Of a stretch of 64,000 nucleotides of DNA, positions 11,001 to 19,001 are shown one piece after another (position 1 is the stretch's first letter; the number at the start of each line of letters is the position of its first letter). Source of the DNA: a virus; the IMG/VR virus record IMGVR_UViG_3300045988_080614; one strand, given 5' to 3'. The notes below the pieces were generated by a model. The model had not been told where the DNA came from and made no database searches. It saw only the letters and a list, made by a program, of their open reading frames with translations. A program made the translations under genes and the position numbers.

Positions 11001-12377
11001 ACTATCAAAAGTAGCTACCTGTCTAACATCAGTCATCCATCCATCTTTCAAAGATTCTTCTTTCTCAAATACATCTCCTTGATTAGTTTGTTTACCATCC
11101 TCATTGAAAGTATCACTATTCTCTTGAGTATTAAGTACAAAGCTGCTATTTAAGTTAACAGAAATACCCTCAGTTAATGCTAAATTTCCTAATGATTCTT
11201 CTGCTAATACTTGAAAGTTATTAAGTACATTTTGAAAAGCTTTAGTCTTTCTTTCTGCAACATTTTTAGCTATATTAGTAGCTATCCTATCATCAAGATT
11301 AGGTTTAACACTTAATATTTGTTGCTTTTCTATAGCTATCTTTGCCTCTAAAGGAGCATCAGCATATACTTGGAAAGCTTTTCTTACTTCCATCATAATA
11401 CTCTGTACACCTTCAGACTTAATAACACTGAATCTAGTAATTTTCTTTCTACCAAATAATAAATCATTCTTTACTTTAGGATTAGTTTCTGCTTGAATTT
11501 TATCATTATAAGTAGCTAACTTATCTTTTAATTTACTATTTACTATAGATGAAAACATTCTAGTGATTCTTTCTACTCTATGCTTTCTCTCTATAGGAGA
11601 CATTTGTCTAGCACATCTAGCTAAATCCTTAGCATATGATTTATCATCTTCCTGTATAGGAGTCTCTTCTTGTGTAGAAGTAGTATCTTGTTTTTGATAT
11701 ATAGGAATATTAACTTTAGAACCATCAATTTTCTTTGTAATAGTTCTTTCTCCTACTTTAATCATATTTCTACCTACATTATCAAGAGCTTTAATACCTT
11801 CATCTGATATAGAACCCCAAGTAGAAACTTTAGCTCCTTCTGGTATTAATTTAATTAATTCTTTAAATAGAATCTTTCTTTCTTCTTTAGTAGTAGGAGT
11901 AGTATTTTCTGCATTATATTTAGCTCCTTCTTTTGCAGTTTTAAAATGTACAGAATAAAAATTATCCTCTACATCTTTAACTAATTCAAAGTACCCTTTT
12001 GAATGGTCTTTAAGATAAACTCTTAAAGTCTTATTTGATTTTGTAGAGTCACTTTTCCAAGGTTTATCATGTTGCTCTACATCTACTAATGATTTATCTA
12101 CGTTATTAATATTCTTTAATAGATTATTACTGTCCTGTACAGGAGTCTCAGAACTCTGTCTACTTCCAATTTGTGATTGTATGAATTTCTCTATTTCATC
12201 TTTTGTAGGCATTGTAGGCTCTTCACCATCTTTAAAATTAGCACTTTGCCAAGCACTAATCATAGACCTTACCATATCAAAAGTCTGCATACAATCATAC
12301 TTGTCTTTAAACTCACTTAAGAAATTCTGTACTATTCTAATATTATCTCCAGTGAGTAACATACAATGTATTGCCAT
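5004..12377 (-). CDS. virion-packaged DNA-dependent RNA polymerase (crAss-like giant two-barrel RNAP)
   Basis: 2457-aa ORF. Contains SLAGSDYDVDKVYVMF, a D-x-D-x-D motif at nt 7731..7745 (residues about 1545-1549). This matches the metal-binding signature of the catalytic double-psi beta-barrel in phi14:2 gp66-class RNAPs. Size and context fit Crassvirales. Confidence 0.7.
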   Translation of the reverse strand: MAIHCMLLTGDNIRIVQNFLSEFKDKYDCMQTFDMVRSMISAWQSANFKDGEEPTMPTKDEIEKFIQSQIGSRQSSETPVQDSNNLLKNINNVDKSLVDVEQHDKPWKSDSTKSNKTLRVYLKDHSKGYFELVKDVEDNFYSVHFKTAKEGAKYNAENTTPTTKEERKILFKELIKLIPEGAKVSTWGSISDEGIKALDNVGRNMIKVGERTITKKIDGSKVNIPIYQKQDTTSTQEETPIQEDDKSYAKDLARCARQMSPIERKHRVERITRMFSSIVNSKLKDKLATYNDKIQAETNPKVKNDLLFGRKKITRFSVIKSEGVQSIMMEVRKAFQVYADAPLEAKIAIEKQQILSVKPNLDDRIATNIAKNVAERKTKAFQNVLNNFQVLAEESLGNLALTEGISVNLNSSFVLNTQENSDTFNEDGKQTNQGDVFEKEESLKDGWMTDVRQVATFDSLTARVRQAIGNMVRYDSTGNVDRDDLGDNIYLNAGYVHSELIQALRNMVSAEDMIPMLEQLSKKKVWVKQIINELNNDNQLFTEFYRAYRKDYVNYFIQKVSTNSDTSTSTKVMSINGAEGTSHYFDEWRDNYEYGNVLTTDSIYDKNGDIQLKNAKVGLDLVNELLDIFEDRETIAENLTNENIARIKKAMNMLGASVDSETLENALKFNLDNKAFKPAVNVLLSNLRTIYYDLNKGNEKVKDGEYIDLLNIHGTAFNNIAEVINKVDEDTIESSVRQGDKTMYAHINPSYVTTLIKKLQREDTYKQVLDDYRVCNWFNKNGKWRNSILEEIENNAEVRSNLKHVVLLQYNRKEYNAWTDLDATLALYNMYMTGAADRSGSETYGYYQVPMLSDAQSAEFIKFKRYKKGYEEKLLDKFKDLVYQEIDRINLVKERATTDNHIDPIANFDMNGKKMGGAEFKFFPELNQKDESGKTFLQAIDEAKQISMDEVDNLIKNTIKSIMDSRFKEAIQHYKDIGLYDRIGTEKNARFKHVNVYSEEGMNDRMREWFWNSTYFTSQFIELTTTDLAYYKNLEDFQKRNKQDHAPAERLNTLATWNGKPVLVNNDGSRRTARRVIYLKDNILPANSMDSINEILEARVKDKDDAFTAYDKAAIMSIFNKVNVADAQAYNTLPSFRSTQIMAGMWSDAEETAYNNIMNNKWTASDFLVLWNTRKPYLYTQKNQPDGMGGIMKVPTQHKNSEFLLLTGAMFGQILHSSKLQALNDFMVKNNIDSAMFESAVKDGLQGTINLNDATNYASTMTVLENVTRLNGKENPNVVHEFDYNDYGIQTSTPEHGIDKVQLVGTQIRRLISSDMNPNRDPNFKLKYKDREFTQEEWMNYFNAINTANIQEAFKEVSDKFNDIHEVEKELIREVRSNPRYGTDLIRALTLDENGNFNIPLIDPSQTLRIQALLNSILKNRVTKQKINGGALIQASPFGLDESKQPQIVYNEDGSIKYFEAYLPCPTEELYNALLDPNTHELDINKKDSKGNYIVPEKYREVIGYRVPTEDKYSMQHIRIKGFLPRQVGSVIILPKEITSLAGSDYDVDKVYVMFHSLFTKNNYNIKKAWDDFYQLESSKDILEEIDRNFGEGLQDYINRYYKDENLELWEMESITEEFKGWLKSSNVKRYNLSETAQARFSEWFNKNKSKYLINSSFSTYDYDFDKIEGNDKLSIYNNAKANSKKQRDSLMIDLMWSVLSHKDTAKSILEPGGFDKPKKAARINTILYNVDKETLTKLGGLKGLEKLSLDELDDLADKYKEKLNPLVPTTWVTLHQRNMSGASLIPMAATNNASHALMQQTKLGIKEEYQLTFNGHKYNSLHDIKNVDGEFITRNIASFLAAFVDNAKDPIAGDMNFNEITASSAFALLRMGVGINTMSLIINQPIVRDIVKEVQNNRVSLAEAIINVINKYKNYNNGTNVNSYYTKIENYNFKDEDLASNIIARKDADTANTSEGHEFYANQLKVGFMFARLNKLAGDLNEFTNATRADTQNGGAGPYISSDIINIEKVEKVLEAPMKDANYSLTGTSLLSFNLSEEGVINSPLPILQAFFTYGVESTKKLFNKYFPYYNNTYTSIISTIKDMTRYGNLNEKQRNSIYNDFISYMLAETSEYNYKDEDGNPISEREYYITKFPAEFDAFKKAHPELSQLPIINRVKYNKFTKYNPAPSLTFSNVGRITDIQKQDYVRSWETLMNINDECKDMAIKLFLYCNYKGLGFSPNGFSHLAPVAVKMNTGNYIETLEDMYFEKADITTFIGQYFRNHLDDRTLVPDITGASYVSEVNLETENFDVKVDFNSSMDDKKIAKPFDDKSTPEYLPYVHINYKGADLYFERVNAPNSLIASYQRVQPLGVKNQYVEYDSNASEDMESVVPKPQAYKANLNDYVDNTDITDNQDMANFVMEQQQSAQASLLAAIKQKAAENGYTASQPIDKLESLPPITEDEQGNKFCDNVIARF

Positions 12378-12408
12378 ATTCTTTATATTTAATTAAATTA
12401 TTTGTTTG

Positions 12409-12439
12409 CAAAGATACAACTTTTATAGTTAGTTGCAAA
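12409..12439 (-). promoter_or_regulatory. Bacteroidota sigma-A type promoter (-33 TTTG / -7 TAnnTTTG) for the RNAP gene block
   Basis: Minus strand reads TTTG(12439-12436)-N19-TATCTTTG(12416-12409), 31 nt upstream of the RNAP ATG. Confidence 0.6.
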
Positions 12440-12450
12440 ACTTTTTAGTA

Positions 12451-12488
12451 AAAATTAAAGGTACTATAAACAAATCGCTTATAGTACC
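12451..12488 (-). terminator. intrinsic terminator after the 204-aa gene
   Basis: 10-bp stem GGTACTATAA/TTATAGTACC (12460-12469 / 12479-12488), followed on the minus strand by TTTAATTTT. Confidence 0.6.
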
Positions 12489-12513
12489 TTCTTAACATTA
12501 TTAACAATTAAAA

Positions 12514-13128
12514 CTATTGAACAATGTATTTAGTATTATCAATAATAAGCCATTTAATGGTATTAATATTGACTAATCTTACATTGTTTTCTGAATCTTC
12601 AATATCCATATCAATACACTGATACTTACCATCTCTAGATTCAAATTGAATTTTATATCCTCTAAGAACTCTATCTTCTCCTTCAACAATCTTAGGAATA
12701 GGATTATTCATAAGAGTATAAAGAGTTTTCTTAGCCCAATCTGCTACACCTTTCTTTGAATTTTTAACCTTATCAATTTCTTGGCATATTTGTTCAGCCA
12801 GAGTATCTACTTCTGTTTTAAATTGTTTAGCACTTTTAGCTTTATCTTGTTTCTTAAAACATACAGTAAATACCTTACTACTATGAATATTCTCCCATAT
12901 ACTTCTAATTCCAGGAGTACCATCTTTCTTGTCTTCTTTAGTAACTTTTACTTCTGTAGTATACCCATCAGCAGTATTACAGAAATTATGAAGATAATCC
13001 TTATCAATAGCTACTTCATTCTTACTTTCAAAGTGTTCAAGAATAACACTACTACCAAGAATATTCTTTACTCTATAATGAGAACTTTCACTAAGAATAT
13101 CACCTTTTTTAATTTCTTTTTCAATCAT
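12514..13128 (-). CDS. hypothetical protein (204 aa)
   Basis: Long ORF with an ATG start, tightly packed after thyX. No motif recognised. Confidence 0.7.
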   Translation of the reverse strand: MIEKEIKKGDILSESSHYRVKNILGSSVILEHFESKNEVAIDKDYLHNFCNTADGYTTEVKVTKEDKKDGTPGIRSIWENIHSSKVFTVCFKKQDKAKSAKQFKTEVDTLAEQICQEIDKVKNSKKGVADWAKKTLYTLMNNPIPKIVEGEDRVLRGYKIQFESRDGKYQCIDMDIEDSENNVRLVNINTIKWLIIDNTKYIVQ

Positions 13129-13130
13129 AA

Positions 13131-14000
13131 TTATAAATATTTATTATTAATAAAATCTTGATGCATTGGATGTGCTAAATCATACATCTGTGGGTCAACT
13201 ATCTTGTTATCTCTGAGTTCAAAGAAATGTTCCCAAGCTTCTTTAAATCCACACATATATAATTCTGTTTTAGTACTATTAGGCAATACTACTCTAGCCT
13301 GTTGTGGTTTCCAACCTTTTTCAAGAAGCTTAAAATAAGTAGCCTCTGCTGTAAGAAGATGTATCATAAAATCATACTCAACATTTTTACTAGTATAAAA
13401 ATCATCATGATAATTCTTTTCAGTATAAGTACCTTCTTTTATAGCTAACCAACAAGGTTTAATAAATGTGACTTCATTATTGAATTTGCATTTACCATAA
13501 TTACAATATCTTTGAGATTCCTGAATAAAAGACATTGTTCTATGTCTTACTACTTCATGACTTACAGCTCTATTAGTGATAAGTTTTACTGTATATCTTT
13601 TAGGATAATATTCATTATCTTCTGAATTAAAGTACTCTCTAATATAGGATACTTTCTTTTCTAACTCTAGCCAATGTCTATAATTAGTAGTAAAGTAAGC
13701 ATAATTATCTACTGCTTTACACTTAATCCATTCCATATTATATAAATTATAATGCGTTAAATCTTCAGCAAATGTCTTAAGTAAAGTAATAGGCATCTTA
13801 AAGTGAATAGTACCAAATTCAAGTGGAGCATCATGCTTATGTTCTTCTAACATATTTACAAATGGAGTAGCACTAATATCTGTAATTTTATCTTCACTTT
13901 TATAAGATACTCTAGCACATTTTTCTATATGTTTATAGATACCTAATAAACTAAAATCTGTCTGATTACAGATTTCATAACTTTGATTAATTAACTTCAT
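13131..14000 (-). CDS. thyX: flavin-dependent thymidylate synthase ThyX
   Basis: RHRTMSFIQESQRY matches the ThyX signature RHR-x7-S...R. Confidence 0.85.
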   Translation of the reverse strand: MKLINQSYEICNQTDFSLLGIYKHIEKCARVSYKSEDKITDISATPFVNMLEEHKHDAPLEFGTIHFKMPITLLKTFAEDLTHYNLYNMEWIKCKAVDNYAYFTTNYRHWLELEKKVSYIREYFNSEDNEYYPKRYTVKLITNRAVSHEVVRHRTMSFIQESQRYCNYGKCKFNNEVTFIKPCWLAIKEGTYTEKNYHDDFYTSKNVEYDFMIHLLTAEATYFKLLEKGWKPQQARVVLPNSTKTELYMCGFKEAWEHFFELRDNKIVDPQMYDLAHPMHQDFINNKYL

Positions 14001-14001
14001 A

Positions 14002-14316
14002 TTATTCTAAATTAATACATTTATCATCAACTACCCAGCCACTTAAATCATTAAGTTTAGTTTGGAAATTATTAATACTCTTTCTATGCTTATATTCTTC
14101 AAGAATAGCTCTAATCTGTTCAGGAGAATACTTCTGAGAATCAAATGCTGTAAGCAATTTATTATCATCATTTTCATCCCCTTCGCTAATTTCAATAGTA
14201 GTAGTCTTACTCATAGTAATACTTACAGTAATATCTACTTTAATTTTCTTTGGTTCAGAATTCAACTCATTGAGTCTTCTTTCTTCACTCTGCATTAATG
14301 TTGGTGTATTACTCAT
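14002..14316 (-). CDS. hypothetical acidic protein
   Basis: The track start at 14319 is GTG; the first ATG is at 14316. Overlaps the stop of the upstream kinase gene. Confidence 0.6.
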   Translation of the reverse strand: MSNTPTLMQSEERRLNELNSEPKKIKVDITVSITMSKTTTIEISEGDENDDNKLLTAFDSQKYSPEQIRAILEEYKHRKSINNFQTKLNDLSGWVVDDKCINLE

Positions 14317-14779
14317 CACTAGTTTCTTTTAAATTATATAATTCTCGATATTTATTAAAGATACCTTTAATTATATCTTCTCCTATAGGATTCTCTCTTT
14401 TACTATCTCTTTCAAGACATACATCTAAAGGTACATTTGTAAAATCTTTAATTTCAATTATATACTTATCATTATTATCTTTGAATGTATCATTCATCAT
14501 TGAAACCATACCTTTTAAATTTCCATTCTCTTTAGGATTAAGATTCATTTCATCTATGATGATAGTATTGAATTTAAAATTCATAGCATTTATTAATATA
14601 ATACCTTTACAAGCTGTAATATAATGCTCTCTTGTAGGAACCCAATATTTACCACTCATATTTCTTAAATCATCTCTATTAATTCTAATAGAATGTTCTG
14701 GGTCTTTAAGAACCTCTTGTTTAGCCCAAGTACTCTTACCACTGGCAGGAATACCTCTTGTAAGAATTATTCTTTTCAT
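14309..14779 (-). CDS. P-loop kinase (polynucleotide-kinase / AAA_33-like)
   Basis: N-terminal Walker A sequence ILTRGIPASGKSTWAK; the small size is typical of phage nucleotide or polynucleotide kinases. Confidence 0.55.
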   Translation of the reverse strand: MKRIILTRGIPASGKSTWAKQEVLKDPEHSIRINRDDLRNMSGKYWVPTREHYITACKGIILINAMNFKFNTIIIDEMNLNPKENGNLKGMVSMMNDTFKDNNDKYIIEIKDFTNVPLDVCLERDSKRENPIGEDIIKGIFNKYRELYNLKETSDE

Positions 14780-14952
14780 TTTATACTATTTGATTGTTCT
14801 ACAATAGCCTCTTTAAGTTCTTTAAACTTCTGAGATACTTTCTTATCTACTAAATTATTTTCAATAAAAGCACAACTACAAGTATATGTCATATAAGCAT
14901 CACATATCTTCTTAGCCATATTGTAAATAAGTCTTTTTCTGTTATTCCCCAT
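14776..14952 (-). CDS. small hypothetical protein (58 aa, below the track cutoff)
   Basis: Hand translation: MGNNRKRLIYNMAKKICDAYMTYTCSC... The stop overlaps the kinase ATG as ATGA. Confidence 0.35.
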   Translation of the reverse strand: MGNNRKRLIYNMAKKICDAYMTYTCSCAFIENNLVDKKVSQKFKELKEAIVEQSNSIK

Positions 14953-15094
14953 AATCAGTATGAAACATATTAATATAATTAGTAGTAGTAAAAGAGGCTA
15001 AAACTATTACTTTATTATTTTTAATTTCAATATTTTCTTTTTTAATTTTAGTCTTTATTACTAATCTAGACATAATATAATCTAAAGTATTCAT
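14942..15094 (-). CDS. small hypothetical protein (50 aa)
   Basis: Hand translation: MNTLDYIMSRLVIKTKIKKEN... TAATG overlap with the upstream ORF; its own stop overlaps the next ORF. Confidence 0.3.
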   Translation of the reverse strand: MNTLDYIMSRLVIKTKIKKENIEIKNNKVIVLASFTTTNYINMFHTDYGE

Positions 15095-15258
15095 TATTTT
15101 AATAGTTTAAGTACCTCTTCACATTTATGTTTAATTTCTTGAGCATAATTAGCAGCTTCACTACTATATTCACTACAATAATCTATAATATTATTAGCAG
15201 TACTTCTAATAGATACTAAAGCTAAAAAAGACTCTTTTAGTTTATCTTTTTGTGTCAT
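15094..15258 (-). CDS. small hypothetical protein (54 aa)
   Basis: Hand translation: MTQKDKLKESFLALVSIRSTANNIIDY... The ATG lies 2 nt after the upstream stop. Confidence 0.3.
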   Translation of the reverse strand: MTQKDKLKESFLALVSIRSTANNIIDYCSEYSSEAANYAQEIKHKCEEVLKLLK

Positions 15259-15259
15259 A

Positions 15260-15673
15260 TTAAGTTATATTGCATAATACTTTACTAAAATCAGAATTAC
15301 CTTTATTAATGTCATTAGTAAACCATCTTATAAATGCAAGATTATGATTATTCTCTTCCATTTCTTTATAAATCTCCTTATATTCAATTAACTGGTCAAT
15401 AATATCTTTTTTAGGATTTTTCAGTACAGCTTTTTCATATTCTACTATTTTATTTACAATATGATTAGTTTCCTCATCTAAAGAATTGATACATTCAGTT
15501 AAATTATCATAAGTTAATTTTGTATAGACATCTCCATCACTTGCCCATACAGGAGCAATAGCTTCTACTACTGCTCTATAAATAGGATGATTTCTACTAA
15601 AAGACATAAATAGCAAAGGAGAACCCTCTGGATTCTCCTTTCTTTTTAAATAAATATTTAAATAACTACTCAT
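15260..15673 (-). CDS. hypothetical protein (137 aa)
   Basis: ORF with ATG start, overlapping the upstream stop. Confidence 0.65.
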   Translation of the reverse strand: MSSYLNIYLKRKENPEGSPLLFMSFSRNHPIYRAVVEAIAPVWASDGDVYTKLTYDNLTECINSLDEETNHIVNKIVEYEKAVLKNPKKDIIDQLIEYKEIYKEMEENNHNLAFIRWFTNDINKGNSDFSKVLCNIT

Positions 15674-16100
15674 CCTTATTTTCTTTTAATTCAATATATT
15701 TATTAAGGTACCATTCAGCTTTTTTCTTATCTTGAATATCTGTACCTTTAAAATTTGCTCTCCATTGATATTTAAAAGCATTTAACTCACAAAAAGCAAG
15801 TACTTTTTCTTTACCAAAAATATCAAGCATCACATCAATACATTCATATTTATTATTTTTATAATGAGAAGGATGATTAACCATTTCTTTTTGTTTATTT
15901 GGTAATGTATTAATCTTTTTAAAGTATATTGTTAATTCTGCTTTATCCCTCCAATAATGGCTTTTATTACCTTGATTATCAGTAATACAATTATCAAAGT
16001 CACTAGTATATAATTCTCCTTCGGTGTAAGCAACATCTTCTGGATTACCATCCATTATAACTGGTTTAATACATTCAAATTTATCTCCTTTTTTAATCAT
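15666..16100 (-). CDS. DUF3310-like phage protein
   Basis: HPSHYKNNKYECIDV...NAFKYQWRANFKG...KAEWYLNKY matches the HP-x-HY / KY-x-x-R signature of DUF3310. Confidence 0.6.
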   Translation of the reverse strand: MIKKGDKFECIKPVIMDGNPEDVAYTEGELYTSDFDNCITDNQGNKSHYWRDKAELTIYFKKINTLPNKQKEMVNHPSHYKNNKYECIDVMLDIFGKEKVLAFCELNAFKYQWRANFKGTDIQDKKKAEWYLNKYIELKENKDE

Positions 16101-16153
16101 ATTAATATTTATTTAATTGTTAAAGTATTCTTTGGTCCTATAAGAGAGAAGAA

Positions 16154-18295
16154 TTAGTGAACCCAATAGTCTGAGACTTCTGCAACTGCTGGTATAGGAA
16201 CAGATTTACAATATTTAGCTGCTGATTTTTCCATAAAATCTTCTAGTACTTTAGGAAATTCATTTAAATTCTCAGGATATTCCCAATTACATTCATCATG
16301 AGTTAAATTAGCTAATCTACATTTACCAAAGTAACCATTATTAACTATCCAATGAAATATAGAAATCTGAGAATCTTTTAATATTATAGCTCCAGTTCCT
16401 TGAGTTACAGAATTTAAAGCTTTTCTATCCCATTTAGATACTTCCTTAAAGTGTTTTTTAACTTCAACATATATACTATCTTTATTAGGTTTATGTATAT
16501 TTCTATACTCTTCCCAAAATTCAGTTGTATAATGTTTCTGTTCTTCTTTCCATTTATTAAAGGTTGCCCAATAAGTCTTATGTCCTGTTATAGGATTAAG
16601 AAGAATATATCCTTTATTTCTAACTTCCTTTGAACCTTTCTCCTTAAATTTAGCAATACCAGGAAAACCTTTTGAATAAGCTTCAGCAAATTTCTCAGCC
16701 TCTTCCAAGGTACATCCTTTAGCATTTTGTATAGCAAAAGCAGAACCACCAAATTGTTGAGAAAACTCAATAGGTTTTACATCTTTTCTAAGATGAGGAT
16801 ATAATTTTTTAATATCTTTAATAGGAGTATCTCTAGGTATTTCTTTAGTGTAAATCATATAAGCACATAGAGAATGCATATCACCACTTCCATGTATAAA
16901 TTCATCAATCATTGATTGCTCTTTATATATATCAGCACCTAATCTACTTTCAATAGCACTATAATCACAACTACACCATTTATAACCTTTAGGTGCAGTA
17001 AAACAACTTCTAGTAATATTATCAGCAGGTAATTGCTGCATATTAGGATATGGACAAGCTTTTCCTTCTTTCTTTTGTTTTGCTGAAGGTTTAATAGGAA
17101 GTTTCTTTAATTTAGCTAAATCATCATTATTATCCTTTGAACCACAAGACATTCTACCTGTATCACAGCCTAATTGTCTATATACAGTATGTATTCTATT
17201 AGTGTTAGGATTAATAGCATTTAAATGATTCTGTCCAAAAGATGTTACTACTTTAGCCGAACCATTATAACCTGCATAATAATCCTTATCTTCTGGCTCT
17301 CCTTCTCCTAAATAAAGCTTTAAGAATTCATCGTTAATTCCTTTTTGCTTCTTTAGTACTTTTTCCATTGCACTCTCTTTATCTTCTCCAGTCTCTTTAT
17401 CTTGAATTTTAGTATCAAACCCTAATATCTTTAATAAAGGAATAACTTGATTAGAAGAAGCCCAATTTATAGTACATTTAGGAGTTAAATCAAATCCAGA
17501 AAATAAATCTCCTTCTCTATTTATATATGTAAACTCTTTTAGCTTAGAATTAGATATAACAAATTTATTTAAGTCTTCAATAGCCTCATTTAAATGTTGT
17601 TTATCTATATCCATTTTAGCTTTCCATTTATTTTCATCTAAATGAATACCACACCACTCTAAGTAGGCTATTACAGGAACAAAATCACACTCTAATTTAG
17701 CTCCTACTTTACAATTTTGTTTAGTACAATCTTTAAGTTGAGATACCATTATATCATATAGAGGAGTAACATCTCCTGCTGCATATTTAATAGTAGAATC
17801 ATCAATACCCCTCCATTGTATTTCTCCTCTTATAGTTTTATCTATATATATTCCTAATCTTCTTTTTGCAATAGATTGTAAACCATAAGAAATACCATTA
17901 ATAGGGTCTTTATATTCAGGAGGATAACCTAAATATAAAAGTTGTTCTACAATCATAGTATCATAAACTTTAAAAGGTATAATCTCATCATTGTAAAGCC
18001 ATTGCAAATCAAATTTTAAATTTTGTCCTATTAAAAAATTTTCTTCTAATATATTCTTATATAATTTAATACTTACAGTTGTACAATCAATAACTATTTG
18101 AATAGTACCCTCTATATTACCAAATTGAGCCAAGAGTAATTTACCTACATGTGGGTCCTTACCTAAAGTCTCAGTATCAAATTGAATCATTCTCCAATCT
18201 TTCATTATTGTAAGAGATTCTTCTACTGAGATTATCTTATAGACATTACTTTCAAATAATTGCTGATTAGCTGTTACTAAATAAATTGTATTCAT
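16154..18295 (-). CDS. polA: family A DNA polymerase with 3'-5' exonuclease domain
   Basis: Exonuclease motifs FDTET, NLKFDLQWL and YAAGDV. Polymerase motif A DYSAIESRL, motif B RKDVKPIEFSQQFGGS, motif C LTHDEC. The track start at 18322 is GTG; the first ATG (MNTIY) is at 18295. Confidence 0.85.
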   Translation of the reverse strand: MNTIYLVTANQQLFESNVYKIISVEESLTIMKDWRMIQFDTETLGKDPHVGKLLLAQFGNIEGTIQIVIDCTTVSIKLYKNILEENFLIGQNLKFDLQWLYNDEIIPFKVYDTMIVEQLLYLGYPPEYKDPINGISYGLQSIAKRRLGIYIDKTIRGEIQWRGIDDSTIKYAAGDVTPLYDIMVSQLKDCTKQNCKVGAKLECDFVPVIAYLEWCGIHLDENKWKAKMDIDKQHLNEAIEDLNKFVISNSKLKEFTYINREGDLFSGFDLTPKCTINWASSNQVIPLLKILGFDTKIQDKETGEDKESAMEKVLKKQKGINDEFLKLYLGEGEPEDKDYYAGYNGSAKVVTSFGQNHLNAINPNTNRIHTVYRQLGCDTGRMSCGSKDNNDDLAKLKKLPIKPSAKQKKEGKACPYPNMQQLPADNITRSCFTAPKGYKWCSCDYSAIESRLGADIYKEQSMIDEFIHGSGDMHSLCAYMIYTKEIPRDTPIKDIKKLYPHLRKDVKPIEFSQQFGGSAFAIQNAKGCTLEEAEKFAEAYSKGFPGIAKFKEKGSKEVRNKGYILLNPITGHKTYWATFNKWKEEQKHYTTEFWEEYRNIHKPNKDSIYVEVKKHFKEVSKWDRKALNSVTQGTGAIILKDSQISIFHWIVNNGYFGKCRLANLTHDECNWEYPENLNEFPKVLEDFMEKSAAKYCKSVPIPAVAEVSDYWVH

Positions 18296-18893
18296 TTTTA
18301 TATTTCCATTTATATCCTGCACAAGTTTTATTTTTTCCTGTTAAACACATTCTTAGAGCTGAATTCTTAGCAAAAGGAACTTCATTAACATCATGCCATT
18401 CTCTGATAAAATTTCCTTGTAAATCAAATTGAAGTATAGGTTTTTTATTTCCTTCTGATATTAATTTACCAAGATTTTTCTTTTCTTGTTCAGATAATGA
18501 TTTATGATAATTTAAAGCCCATTGTCTTATTTGTTCTTTTCTTTCTTGAGATAAATGTTCTCCAGTATGGTCATATATAGCATCTCCTCCATCTGAAATA
18601 TTATATAAAGGTATCTTTAATCTTCTATATTCTTGTATAAGATATTGTTCTAGTTTATCCAAAAGTTTTTTTACTTTTTCTTTTGTATCTCGTTGAATTA
18701 AAAATAATTCTTTATATTTAAAAGCATCAAATCCGTATTTTGCTATAGCACGATGAAAGGGACAATTCTTATTCTTTCCTCTTAAACACTTATGCTCTAT
18801 CTTTCTTTTATGAGGACGCATAGTTTGACCAATATAAAATTTATGGGATGGGGACTCATAGATATAAATAACTCCAAAATATTTATTTTCCAT
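18267..18893 (-). CDS. free-standing GIY-YIG homing endonuclease
   Basis: The GIY-YIG core is present in GVIYIYESPSHKFYIGQT. C-terminal GYKWKYK DNA-binding-type motif. The 3' end overlaps the polA start by 29 nt. Confidence 0.75.
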   Translation of the reverse strand: MENKYFGVIYIYESPSHKFYIGQTMRPHKRKIEHKCLRGKNKNCPFHRAIAKYGFDAFKYKELFLIQRDTKEKVKKLLDKLEQYLIQEYRRLKIPLYNISDGGDAIYDHTGEHLSQERKEQIRQWALNYHKSLSEQEKKNLGKLISEGNKKPILQFDLQGNFIREWHDVNEVPFAKNSALRMCLTGKNKTCAGYKWKYKNEYNLFSNS

Positions 18894-18904
18894 ATTTTTT
18901 ATTG

Positions 18905-18912
18905 CAAAATTA
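18905..18912 (-). promoter_or_regulatory. possible -7 box (TAATTTTG) upstream of the GIY-YIG gene
   Basis: Minus strand reads TAATTTTGCAAT, 11 nt upstream of the ATG. No TTTG at the -33 position. Confidence 0.3.
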
Positions 18913-19001
18913 CAATATAAAAAATAAATATTTTTGAGTCTAAAATATATACTTATGATTTATAAAAGAATTACTAAGTATATCATTACTTACTAAACAT
19001 A

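Noticed and set aside
12781-13161. 126-aa + strand ORF, and similar antisense or alternative-frame track ORFs (474..776, 1815..2078, 3682..3888, 10348..10548, 12181..12396, 14062..14624, 16451..16770, 19601..19823, 23139..23489, 24179..24385, 26564..26815, 27554..27784, 28427..28636, 33114..33386, 35338..35601, 36182..36640, 37423..37617, 38046..38388, 43716..44290, 45698..46149, 47145..47823, 48927..49133, 51166..51390, 55673..55858, 61289..61477, 63483..63695)
   Set aside because: All are nested in or antisense to much longer ORFs with recognisable domains or a consistent operon structure. Several start with TTG or GTG, and their sequences are low-complexity.
18296-18322. Nine extra N-terminal codons of the DNA polymerase ORF (MQDINGNIK)
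   Set aside because: The track start is GTG (cac on the + strand). The first ATG is at 18295 and reduces the overlap with the GIY-YIG gene.
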